NCBI GenBank assembly: GCA_000165425.1 | Contig: CT868001.1 | Span: forward strand, 1-64,000 | Length of the DNA: 64,000 nt | Direction: 5' to 3' | Origin: Paramecium tetraurelia | Lineage: Eukaryota | Shown here: positions 1-12,336 of the stretch, piece by piece | How the letters are laid out: every line of letters begins with the position of its first letter | Numbering within the stretch: the stretch's first letter is position 1 | The notes under the pieces: generated by a model | The model's database searches: none | What the model saw: only the letters and a program-made list of their open reading frames with translations | What the model was told of the DNA's origin: nothing | Made by a program: the position numbers and the translations under genes

Positions 1-3000
1 ATAACAAGTATTAACACATGCAATAAGTACACATTGCACAATAGGATTCCCTTAAGATCCTATTAACATTATTAATATTAAAAATTTCTTGGCAATTATG
101 ATGCCTTCATGACAAAAATTTGTAGATTTATTTGGTTTCAATTAAGATAAGGAATACTAAAAAAATAGAGACATCAAAGATGCTATTGAGATTAAAATGA
201 TTATTGCAATTATAGTTTATGCAATATTTCTCGGATTGCTTTCTTTTTCAGAGAACAGATAAAGTAAAGTTTTAAAAATTAAATCCCAACAATTTACTTA
301 GAGAATATAAACAATCCCTTGTTATGATAAAATTTTATGTAATCCTAAGCTAAATTAATTCATTGTATGTATTAATAATGCAAAGTTATAGGAGACAAGT
401 ATTGATCTATTATCATAAATAAAAATTCTTATTTGAGTAAACCAAGTTCTGAATATAAATCTTAAATAGCAATATGATAATATAAGCAATATTGTTCCTA
501 ATAGAATTTGACTAACAAAACCATATAAATTACTAATTAAATCAGAATTGACATCATAGTTCTAAAATTTACCAAAGGCTTGCAATTATTCGGATCCAAT
601 TACATCTTAACATAAATTTAACATCCCAATTTTTTCTAAAATAGGAATAATTGTAACAACATCAGAAGATTCAAAGTATATCATCAGGTTTTCTGGAAAG
701 GCTATGTTAATGAATTTTAAATTGGATTAAAATTAAATTGTATCCAGGATTTCGAAGCATTCAGCAGGGTGACCAGACATCAAAATAATAATACTTGATA
801 TTCCAAGGAAAATAAGTATAGCCAGATTATAAGTGCTTATGTTATGGGAAATCTCCTTTTAAGCAGCTGTTAATACAACAGGATTTTTGAGACGAATTGT
901 AGAAATATCATTATCAACTTAAAAATCATCTTGATCAACCAATATAGTATTTAATTGAACTTGTAGAAAAATGTCCTGTGTTTATTATTCTAAGATTTCA
1001 ATTCGCAATTAATAAATTATCTCATGCACACTCTAATTATCAGGTTCATTAACTAATACATCGCTGATAATATAATGAGAAGGATCAATATCAATAAGTT
1101 AAGCTTTAAAGTTTCGAGTTAAATTTTAAGATGAATATAATAGTTTAATTTTATTAGTAAATTATAATTAGACATATTAGACATTATATGTTTAATTTAA
1201 GAATATTAGTTTAAAATGAGGAGGTATATTTTAAACACAGGAGCTTTTTTTGAGATCATCCTCAAAGCATGTCCAATACATTTCAATATCGCAAATATCT
1301 GAACAACCATCTAAAGATAAGTGATTACCATCATCGCAGTCTTCTTAATCAGATTTAAACCCATTTCCACAAGTGTCTTGACAATCATTACCATTTCTTT
1401 ATAAAACCTCTATTGCAATCTTCACAAAGTCGTTCCTAACAATTTGTTACAATTTAAAGGACATTAATACAAGCATGAATCACAGCCATCTAAGGGATCA
1501 TCATTACCATCATCGCACTATTCATAAGAAGTAACAATTGAATCACCACAAATTGANNNNNNNNNNNNNNNNNNNNNNNNNNNNNNNNNNNNNNNNNNNN
1601 NNNNNNNNNNNNNNNNNNNNNNNNNNNNNNNNNNNNNNNNNNNNNNNNNNNNNNNNNNNNNNNNNNNNNNNNNNNNNNNNNNNNNNNNNNNNNNNNNNNN
1701 NNNNNNGCACTTAATCAGAAATATCTAAACATATCTAATGGTCACAAATTTGACAATTCTCCCTACAAGAATATTCGCAATTATGACATCCATCGTACTG
1801 GATATTATTACCATCATCGCAAATCTCCAATCCTTCCACTACAATTCCATCCCCACAAATTGGAATACAATTTTTTTTATCTTTAATCTCAAAATATTCA
1901 TCACAAATTACACATTCATGTTGATTATTACAAAATACACAATTTTATTCGCATTCAAATTTACATTCATAACAACCATCTCCACTATCCTAATTTTAAT
2001 CATCACATTACTCATTAGAATTCATAGCTATTATACCATCTCCACATTAAAATTCACATCTGTAATCTACCAGATTCCATCCTTTTAAACATGAAAAGCA
2101 AAATGAATTATGGCATTCTAAGCATTCCAATTAGCACAGATTGCATTAAAAAGAACCATTAAACTAAAACTCAATAGAGTTAAAAGGAAATTCATCCCCA
2201 TAGTAAATTCCTTGACTACAAATAGGAATGCATTAACCATTGAATGTCCTTTCAAATTGATTCATGCAAAGCTGGCACTCATTAAAAATAGATATAATAC
2301 AATTTGATGGTTCTTTTTACTCACATTAATTATATTAATAAGCAAAAATGCCATAATTTTAGAGTTAGCATTGAAGATCTTGAGCTTCGAATTAAAGGTA
2401 GGAGTTTATAATGACATGCTAAAAATAAGTGTTTGTTAAGAAATTCGCTATTTAACAATAATGGCCTTCTTTGATTTATAAATCATATTTAATTAAACTA
2501 TCTTTATCCTCATATTAGCATGACAATTAGCAATAATTATCTATCAATTTGTAATTGTTGTTGCAGATCTTGCATTAGCCAAATTCACATTAAACACAAT
2601 TTAGGGGACAAGAGAATTTACACTAGTAACATCCATCATTAGGATGTAAATTTCCATCATCACATTCTTCAGAGTTTAAAATCATTTCATCTCCACAGAT
2701 TGGTAGGCATTCCTAAGAATTCGTATCAAAATTCCAACCAGAAAAACATTCTACACACAAATCTCGAATACAATTACTACACCCAACTACACAATTGTAC
2801 TATTAGGAAAAAACCCCTTCAAAGGAAAGGATATAATCATTTTTATGGATAAGTGTATAATCTATTATTTTATTCTCTTAATATGTAAAGACTTCGAAGT
2901 CTCTAATACCAAATGATGGTGTGTTTACGGATGTGGTCAAAAAAGTTGGAACACCAATAGTAATTGTCATAGTTGAGGAAGTGCTACTGGGACCTAAAGT

Positions 3001-4008
3001 TTCAACCCTGGTCATTTTAAGATCAGAACCGCACAAATAATCATAATTTGCTACAGTGTTTAGCGAAGTAGTAAAATAATACATCTATGTATCACCATTT
3101 ACTTCTATTGTTACAGAACTAGTGATCTCCATTGATAGAAATATGAATGCCACTTTTATTCTCGTATAAGGATCATTTAAAATTAAATTAACTGAGGCCA
3201 ATTCAGTTGTTAAAAAATTTCCATAGTATTGAAAACCTAAGATATTTAAGTATTATAACCACAATCTTAGACACTATCATATTATGCATTATCTTTTAAC
3301 CATCCTTATCCATTTGTGAGTGTGGGAGTTGTAAAATAAGTTAAAACTCTATACCATATCTGACAGACTCCAACTGAATTACAATAATCACAAAGATATG
3401 GACATTTTAAGACTGAAAATTTAAAATCAGAGATTCCCCAATATGCTGATGCTTATCTAGATACTATTATGATGATGGCTGAGTTTCCCATATGATCCAT
3501 TAATTTATTGATTGTATCAACCTAACCAAGAGATCCACTTCCACAAATTTCAGTTCCTGAGGAATTAGGATTATTCGAGACTGCTTTTTCTCCATTAACA
3601 AACACTATATAAGAGAATGAATACCAAGGATCCAATCTAATAAACAAATTGTTAAAGGTTACAACCTCCAGAAATTTAACTCAATTCTAATTTTATAATG
3701 AGGAGGAAGGATAAATGTCTTTGTTATTACTGTTTATGAATTAAAAACAAATCGCCCTCCAAATATATCTGAAGTTACACAATTAGTGACGTAGTTTGAA
3801 TTTTCAGCTAAGTAGGTATTCCAATCTATGATATTACACCTTAATTACTATCATCTGCGTTAAAAGGACTAAAAAAGGATCGGCTGATTTCACTTTGTGC
3901 AAATACTTTTTGGCAAAATGAATTAAGGAAAATGACATGTAGGAAAATTGAAAAAATCCACAGCTCTTAGCATCTCTAAAGCCAACTTAACAGAAGCATC
4001 TATACCAT
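1..4008 (-). CDS. Cys-rich repeat (Myxococcus Cys-rich/DUF4215-like) multi-pass membrane protein; 3' end beyond window, spans gap 1557-1706
   Basis: ATG at 4008 with hydrophobic leader (MVQMLLLSWLQRCQELWIFSIFLHVIF), repeated CGDG..EECDDGN...DGC motifs plus CxxC furin-like repeats, then hydrophobic helices (LGISSIIILMSG...FEILDTIQFQSNLKFINIAFPENL) toward position 1. Confidence 0.8.
1557..1706. other. assembly gap (150 N)
   Basis: run of N. Confidence 1.
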
Positions 4009-5540
4009 TGTTTTATTTAAGTTTAATAAATCAGTTGTAATGATTAAAAAGTTAAATATCTTATCAAAAATTTAAAACAAAAGAATTTCCTTTATCGATT
4101 GGAAGTGGATCATATATTGAGTCCCAACAGATATAAATTAAATAAATTAGTATAATTATTGATTCAAAGTTATTTAGTCATCTACATTAAACAAAATTAT
4201 TGCAATTTATTATTGTATCATCTACAACTAGTTGTATAACTTTATTCAAGGTTCCAATCCTTCTAACATCAAAATTTCTCTAAAGATAGAGAATTATTCA
4301 CTATTTTTGCTTTGCCTTTGAATTTAATATTAATACCTTTAACGTGCTGAATTTTCATTATTACTTAGAATTTTTTTGCAAAGTAGTTATTTTTATTAAT
4401 TTCATAAAAATAAAAATTCTGTTTGTTTTTTTTTTAGAACTTTGCATTCATATGATGATATTGTTATATCAGGTTGATTAATATTTAATTCCAATTTAAA
4501 CTAAAAAATAGCATGTTCAATGTATTTTAGTTAAGATGACTTATTCGATTTACAAATTTCGAATTATAAAATTAATAATTAAATGTAAATTTTATGCAGA
4601 TAAATCTAATGAATAACTTTATCCAATTATATTTTTGTAAAATATTTATCAAATGGCAGAATTTTGGTACTTAAATTTTTATTTTCCAAAATACTTGTTT
4701 ATTTGACAATCGATTCATCATCTAACATCCTTCAATATTTACTTTTAACAATGATATCTACTATTTTAATATTTTATTTCTATTTATAATTGTTAATGCA
4801 ATTTGCAATTATGCTCACTCATTATCAGAAATTTTATGTTATTTAATAATTATTAAATTAATATTAAGCGGTGAATTAATCATTCAAAATATTTCACGAT
4901 TTAGTAATTCTTATATATTTAAATCCACTGAAAATTTTCGTAATTGTCTTTTATTCTAATATTTTATTATTTTGGACAACTATTCTATATCAAGATAATA
5001 TGTTTTACTTAGAGATTGTGCTATGAAAGGAGAATCAAGAAAGACACTCTAAGTTACATTAAACTAATAATTAAATGATTATATTTTTATTATTTTATTT
5101 ACATATGAAATAATAGGATAAAAATGAATACTTTTTCTTGACAATCTGTTATTTTATTTTCAAACAATTTATATTTAGATTTAGTTGAAAAAAAAATTAT
5201 AGAAAATACATTAATTTATGTTCTTCAACTTCTCTGCCATGAGCTAAACTCAAATTCTCTACTTCTTACTATTCTCATCTCTTTTATTATCCAAATTCAT
5301 TACTAATTTATTGAGAGAATAACTCAGCATAACATCTACTCTTAAAATAAATAGAAAGACTACCCACTTTAAGAGTTTGATGGTTTCTTTTCTTACAAAT
5401 AACTTTTTGAAGGAAATGGATTAAGATATGAAACAAACTATCTATTTGATAATATAACTATTTTCAAAATATCATCACTTTCAAATTTGAATATTAAATT
5501 ACAATAATTTACAATTTTTAATAAGAATAAATATCAATTC

Positions 5541-7039
5541 TCAGATAAATTCTTCAGGATCCAAAAAATTCAAAATTTTAATAGAGTTCTCATAAATTAC
5601 ATTAGATGAATGAGTCTATTTTTATTCTACTTTTTCTATCAAGTTTGACTCTTTGATAATTTATTTATAGATTTCAAATTTTTCATCATGTTAAACTTCA
5701 TATATTGAATTAATTACATCTTTTTAGAAATTCAAAAATTCCCTCCAGACTTACTTAAATAACTGTTTTATCACTCATATCTAAAAGGCTAGATAATTTT
5801 TAAATTAATCCATGAGACATAACAAGATGATCTAAGTCTTTTAATTCTGCATAAATAACAGAATTTGATAGAATGAAGGCAATTTCTTTTTTTATTTCTG
5901 GGGTTCCTTTTTCTAATTCTTCAAACAAAGAACTCAAAAGGGAATCATTTCTGATGATTTATTTTACTTAGGCTGCAGTACCAGCAGCAATATTAGACAA
6001 AGACCAACAAATCTTAAATATAAATTGATATTAACTTCTCTGCGAATTGCTTTATTTTTATGTTTAAGCAGAATTTCAAATTTTGATAGCACTCCAGTAT
6101 TTAAAACATGATTTGTTTATTCCTCATTTCCAGTCAAAATATTCCCTATTATTCTTAAAGCAGGAATTACAAGAGATTATTTTTCTGATTATAGTAGTAG
6201 AGCTAATTTATCAACAATGCCAAAACCAATTAATGTATCTATATGATTTTCTTATTCGCTTAAATAACTCAAACCCCAACAAGCATCTATTAACAATTCT
6301 TCGTCCTCAATATTATTTATTATTTCTGAAAGAATCGACATTAATTCCTTTTAATACTAATTATAAGTCATTATAATACAATTTTTGGGGTTGGTTTTCC
6401 TCTGGCTAAATTACTAATTGCCCACACAATAGTTTTAAAGACGTCAGAGGTATCAGTTATATACCGCATTGCTAATTTGATTAAGGGTTCTACTATTCCT
6501 TGATTTAATAGCAAATCTCTAAATTAAACATTGTCCCCTGAAATATTTGCTAATGCCCAAACTCCTAATTCAATTATTTCATCATATTCAGATTCAAGCG
6601 CCAGAAAAAGAATATTAATTCCATCATTATCTAAAATATTTTAAATTTATTTTTAAGTTCCACATCCAATGTTACAAACTATCCAGAGAGCCTCATATTT
6701 TAACAATGGAATACTATTGTTTTTGGCTATATCAAAAACTTTTATGTGAACATTAGTTTTAAGAATCAAATCAATAAGTGATTCTGTAGGTATAGATTAC
6801 TTAGCATTGCTCAATAATTTTCGGCATCGATTAAGTCCATAATATGAAATATTAATATCATCTGAATTGACTTTTGATACATAATCTTCAATTTTTTCTA
6901 AATCAGAATCTTCTTTAGCAAAATTGTCTACAGAAGATTTCAGAGACTCTTTCATTTCATCAGGTAATGAATTTGGTATTAAATTATATATTTTTTAAAC
7001 ATTTTTCTCTTTTATTATCGGGATCGTGCAACCTACCAT
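5541..7039 (-). CDS. importin-alpha (ARM repeat) protein; 5' end uncertain next to gap
   Basis: Table-6 translation gives YEALWIVCNIGCG, ELGVWALANISGDNVQFRD, WAISNLARGKP, DACWGLSYLS, PALRIIGNILTG, CWSLSNIAAG; ends ...IYENSIKILNFLDPEEFI-TGA at 5541. Confidence 0.85.
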
Positions 7040-7072
7040 TTGCCGGCAATCGACTTAGCTGAAACACCAAGC

Positions 7073-7222
7073 NNNNNNNNNNNNNNNNNNNNNNNNNNNN
7101 NNNNNNNNNNNNNNNNNNNNNNNNNNNNNNNNNNNNNNNNNNNNNNNNNNNNNNNNNNNNNNNNNNNNNNNNNNNNNNNNNNNNNNNNNNNNNNNNNNNN
7201 NNNNNNNNNNNNNNNNNNNNNN
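7073..7222. other. assembly gap (150 N)
   Basis: run of N. Confidence 1.
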
Positions 7223-8760
7223 TGCTTAGTAAAAAGTGTCCCATCTACCCACCTTTCTCCCATTTTAATATTCACCATGATAAGTAACTTCACTATCTCT
7301 TAATTATTATAAAACAAAGTAAATACATCTAAAATCCTTCGCTCAATTCTATCCACTTTCCAAACTTAATTGGATCTTAAGGATTTTCCTCATTTTCTGG
7401 ATTGGGATCATAAGATCCTCCACCTCTATTTTAAAATAATCAGAATTTACATTTGTTCTCCTTAAAGAAATGATTCCCATCTACCAAATTTTTTACCTTT
7501 AATATATTAACCACTCTAAGTAACTTAACAATCGCTAATCAGATAATCTTAAATAAATACTATTCACCATTTCTAAATTCTACCCAATATCCAATTTTAA
7601 TTGAATCTATAACACATCTATCTTCTGATTTGTGATCATAAGAACCACCACCACTGTTGGAGAATTAGAAAAATATTTTACATATGTTGAAATGGATCAA
7701 ATTGATCTTTCCTCTTTAAAATAACCCATTTACCAACCTTTTGATTATTTTTATATTCACCGCACCAGATTGTTTAGTTGTTACTAGTAATTTAACTTTA
7801 AAAATACTCCTAAAAACCTTCAGCCAACTCAGTCCATATTCCAACCTTCTTTGAATTTAAATCACCTCTCTCCTTTTTCCAAACATATGATCCTCCTCCA
7901 CTAATGTTAATATTACTCAATATGAATATACATAAATCTTAATTCTTTCTTTTTATAAAAGATATCCCATAAACCAATTCTTTCTCCGTCCAAATACTCG
8001 CCACAATAGGTTACTTAGCTTTGACTGATTTTTAATTTTAACTAATTGCAATACTTCCAAAAGTCATAAGTCAGATCAACCCATTTTCCTTTCTTCCTAC
8101 CTATTTAATTGTAAGATCCTCCACCTCTACATTTATCGTAAAAAATAATACATTATTTTATTTTCATATATATACTTCCATTTCTGAATTCTTAATCCAT
8201 TTCTGTATTCTCCACATTCATAAACTTAATTTTAACTTTAATTTATTATTAATCTTTTCTATACTTTGAGTAATTTCTGCTTAGTTCTTTCCAAAAACCT
8301 TGCTTTAGACCATCCACAGAGTAATATCCACCAACGTCTAATAATTAATCTCCATTCCAAATAGCACTCCATTTAACAACTTTATTATGACTCTAATTGT
8401 ATTATCTTGACCATAACAAATATTTGATCTATTCAATATTATTCAATTATTCATCCCTATTGATATCTTTATCACTATTTTCAAACTTTGATAATACATT
8501 CTGATAATTTATCCGTCCATAATATATTTAATATGTTTCTCTTTGGTAAGAAGTATTTAAAATGTAGTTTTCACAAATCTTTCTTAGTTAGAGTCCCAAT
8601 ATGCATAATTATAGTCCTTAACTCTATTGCAACAACAACATAAATCCTTTCCCTAAAGTTTTATAATAAAATCTCTCACCTATTAATTATATTACTTATT
8701 TTTCTTCTCAGAATCATGAAATGCATTACAAACTTAATTGCAATCTAATATATAATTCAT
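7223..8760 (-). CDS. repeat protein with GGGSY(D)...GKW.(E/D)L...F...QV.Y.GEY..G.K.G.W units (MORN-variant-like ciliate family); 3' end in gap
   Basis: ATG at 8760; at least four GGGSY-starting units, each preceded by a short intron at the same position. Confidence 0.7.
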
Positions 8761-9996
8761 TTTGTATTAAAATTAATATTACGAAGAAAAAAATTAGTAA
8801 ATACTAATATATTCTGCAGTTATAAATATTATGTAATTTTTATTGAAATTTCCATTTAGTCTGCTTCTCATCCAATTGTTTTTGATACTAATAAAAATGT
8901 AACAAAAATATTATGTATATTTATTTGAAAAGCTTGAATAAAGATTGCTAAAAGTATTAATTAAAATTGGAGTATCTGGAGTGCATTTAATTATTAGTTT
9001 AAAGATGGGGAAACTTTTCGAATGCTATCCTTTCTAAAGCGATTGTTATTTAAGCAACATACTTGATTGATTTGGATTATTTTTTGATAAAAATTTACTA
9101 TTTGTTTTTCTCGAAATCATATATTACAGAATGCATTTGGTATTGAAAATATCAGTTTGTTTTTCCAAAATTATTAGATGGTCAAGTCTATTCTAAAAAA
9201 AAACATACAATCATGAAACTTTAACAATTAATACATTTAATAATTTATCATACATTTAGGTATTGTTAATGTATATTATAAATCAAAAACATTAAGTTAA
9301 TTTTGGTATATAAGCCTTTAGAACTTGAATCTATATTCTTCAATAGAACAACCGCGTTTCCAAGATCTGTTTATTTGAAAAATTAAGAAATTAAAAATGT
9401 AAGTAATAATTGAAAAATTCTATAGAATAAATTCTGATTTTTTCATTAATTATAAACACATTTTATGATGGCAAATATTCTCAAATAGTTATGTCTAAAG
9501 ATGTGAATTATGAAAAAAAGAAATTTAAATATTTTTTAAATCATCAGGTTTTTGGACAAATGCAATCCTGACTTTAATTAACAAATAAAAAATGTATTCT
9601 TTGGCCTATCTTAAAATATATCTATTCGATTATTTTATCTCATTATGTTCATCATAAGTATAATATTTCAGATGATCAACTAAACGATGATATATTATAT
9701 TTTTAATCAATAAATATTTTCACCAAATATGGCATAAAATAGTAATTTGAATTCAACTTTATTAAAATTTTTAAGTGATATGAGTAGTGTTTACAAGAAA
9801 GAATTTATTTTCATATTAATTATATGGATAAAAGTAATGTTTATAGTTAAATATCAAACCCTATAAACACTAATTAGCACATTAAGAAATTTTAGTTAAA
9901 GCCTTAAAATGTTAATACATAAATAGAAATTAACTTAACATATATATCTTTAATCCCAATTTTATTCTTAAAAAGAAATTCAATATTATTAATATT

Positions 9997-11347
9997 ATGA
10001 ATTAATATAATGATTTGATTATCAAATGCCCGAATCCAGAACATGCCAATAATGTGAAACTAGTCTGCTTTGATGAATCGTGTAAAGCTGATAGATTATA
10101 TTGTATGCATTGTAGCAGGAATGGAATACATTTTTCTCATCCTCAATATCAATATCAATTGTCAAATTTGTTTGATCACATAGAGAAAATTGAAAAAGAA
10201 TGCGATGATTTAATCAATAGGTTAAACAAGTAAATGGATTTTGTTTATTAATCATTTTATCTTCTAATTGGAGGAATAAAAACTAAATATTAAATATCTA
10301 AAGAATAAATCTTTAACCTAAATTCCAAATAAATAAATTCCATTTTGGCTGAAACTATCTAATTCAAATCATTCAGATCCACAATTGAAATACTAATTCA
10401 AAAATATTCAAACGAACTTTAAGATTAAATATAAAAGCTATTTTAAGACTTAAATTTAAACTAATTGAACTATTATCAAGTGTCTGATTAAGATATCAAA
10501 AAATCAGAAGAATTATATCAAAAGGGTATGAAAAGTTATTATTTAGGATATAAATTATATTGGTACGATCACAAATATGAGGAAGCAATAGCAATTCTTG
10601 ATTAAGCTTTAAGGTTAAATTCTAAGCATCAATTGGCATTGTGGTGCAAAGGTATAGTCATAATTTTATCTGTAAGCGGAGAGTTTAAAGATGCTGGACT
10701 AATATAATGAAGCTATTATCTGGGCAGATAAGGCTTTGCAAGTTGATCCAAAGCATTTCAATTCATTATATACAAAAGGTATAAATATTAATTTCTTTTA
10801 GCCGAAAGCTTAAGAATGCTTGATCAATATAACGAAGCAATTATTTGGGTAGACAAAGCTTTACAAATTGATTCTAAACATTGCAATTCCTTGTTTACTA
10901 AAGGTAGAAATAATTTTTAGTTTAGCTTCTAGTTTAAGAGGACTTGGTTAATATAACGATGCAATCGTTTGGGCTGATAAAGCCTTATAAATAGATTCGA
11001 AGCATTGCAATTCATTGTCAACCAAAAGTATTAAATTTACTAATTTTTTTTAAGGTGTTTCCTTAAGAATGTTAAAAAGTTATGAAGAAGCTATAGCAGT
11101 TATTGATTAATCTCTTTAAGTTAATCCGAATCATTTGGACTCATTATGGTCAAAAGGTTGAGAATATATTTATATATATATAAATAGGTAAGTTACTACA
11201 GGATCAAAATTAATATTAAGAAGCTTTGATGTGTTACGACAAGGCATTAAAGATCAAAGAAAATCATTAGTGGACGAAAGATAGGAAGAGTAATATCATT
11301 TTATTCTACTTTAAGATGAATGTCTAGATGCTATAAAAAAGAAATGA
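9997..11347 (+). CDS. TPR repeat protein with N-terminal Cys/His (zinc-finger-like) region
   Basis: MNQYNDLIIKCPNPEH...VCFDESC...LYCMHC...H..H, then 34-aa repeats such as AESLRMLDQYNEAIIWVDKALQIDSKHCNSLFTK; TGA at 11345-11347. Confidence 0.85.
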
Positions 11348-12000
11348 AATTTAATCAAGAATATTTCAGATTTTAATTTTTCATTAATTTTTCGAGACTT
11401 TGATTTAAAATAAAAATTACATAATTTTCACTAAATGAGAATCTAAAACTCAAAATTGTGAATTTATACATATGACCTCGTTCTTCAGTTTAGTTCAGAC
11501 GAAAACAATACTAATACAAATTCAAGGATGTGATTTGATTAATTCATTTATAAAATAGCTTCTATTTATGTTGAGACAAGAATTTAAGTTTTTTTAATTG
11601 TTAAGATATTAATAAACCTTCTAATGTAATCATAAATTATTCAGTTTAAAATGAAATATTTAAAAAATTTTTTGATTATTAATAATTTTGAAAATTCGAA
11701 ATTTTGACATAATAGCAATATAATAATATATTAATATTTGTAATTATCTAATTATAATGATTGAAAAAAAAAAAAAATTACAATTTATAATTTGAAACCC
11801 AATTTATTTTCTAAATCCTAAAGCCTTGTTCTCCAAATAAATAGGACAAGTTTTGAATAGTAGAACATTCAAAATATCAGCACAGAGGAAATAATAAAGA
11901 CATCCAAATTTATGTTTTTTCTCATAATATAATGTATTATTGTTATTAAGTTAAATAATAAATAAAACCATTATAAATGTTTATTTAATTATATTTTATA

Positions 12001-12150
12001 NNNNNNNNNNNNNNNNNNNNNNNNNNNNNNNNNNNNNNNNNNNNNNNNNNNNNNNNNNNNNNNNNNNNNNNNNNNNNNNNNNNNNNNNNNNNNNNNNNNN
12101 NNNNNNNNNNNNNNNNNNNNNNNNNNNNNNNNNNNNNNNNNNNNNNNNNN
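12001..12150. other. assembly gap (150 N)
   Basis: run of N. Confidence 1.
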
Positions 12151-12336
12151 ATTAACAACAAATGCAATTATGGAACGGCTATAAATATTATTAACAAATT
12201 CAGAAATATATTTAATTCATAATTATATATATTAAAATATTTGGATAATTAATATAATGCCAATATAAATAATTATAATTAGATTATTCTAAATATTATA
12301 TCATAAAAATAATCTTTGAAGTTATTTAAAATAAAC

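Noticed and set aside
1738..2088. Standard-code ORF of 116 aa, and similar hydrophobic ORFs (6083, 16413, 17461, 25808, 33001, 41476, 62838)
   Set aside because: Antisense shadows of real table-6 genes on the opposite strand
6984..7303. ORFs spanning N runs (also 11985-12167)
   Set aside because: Gap artefacts
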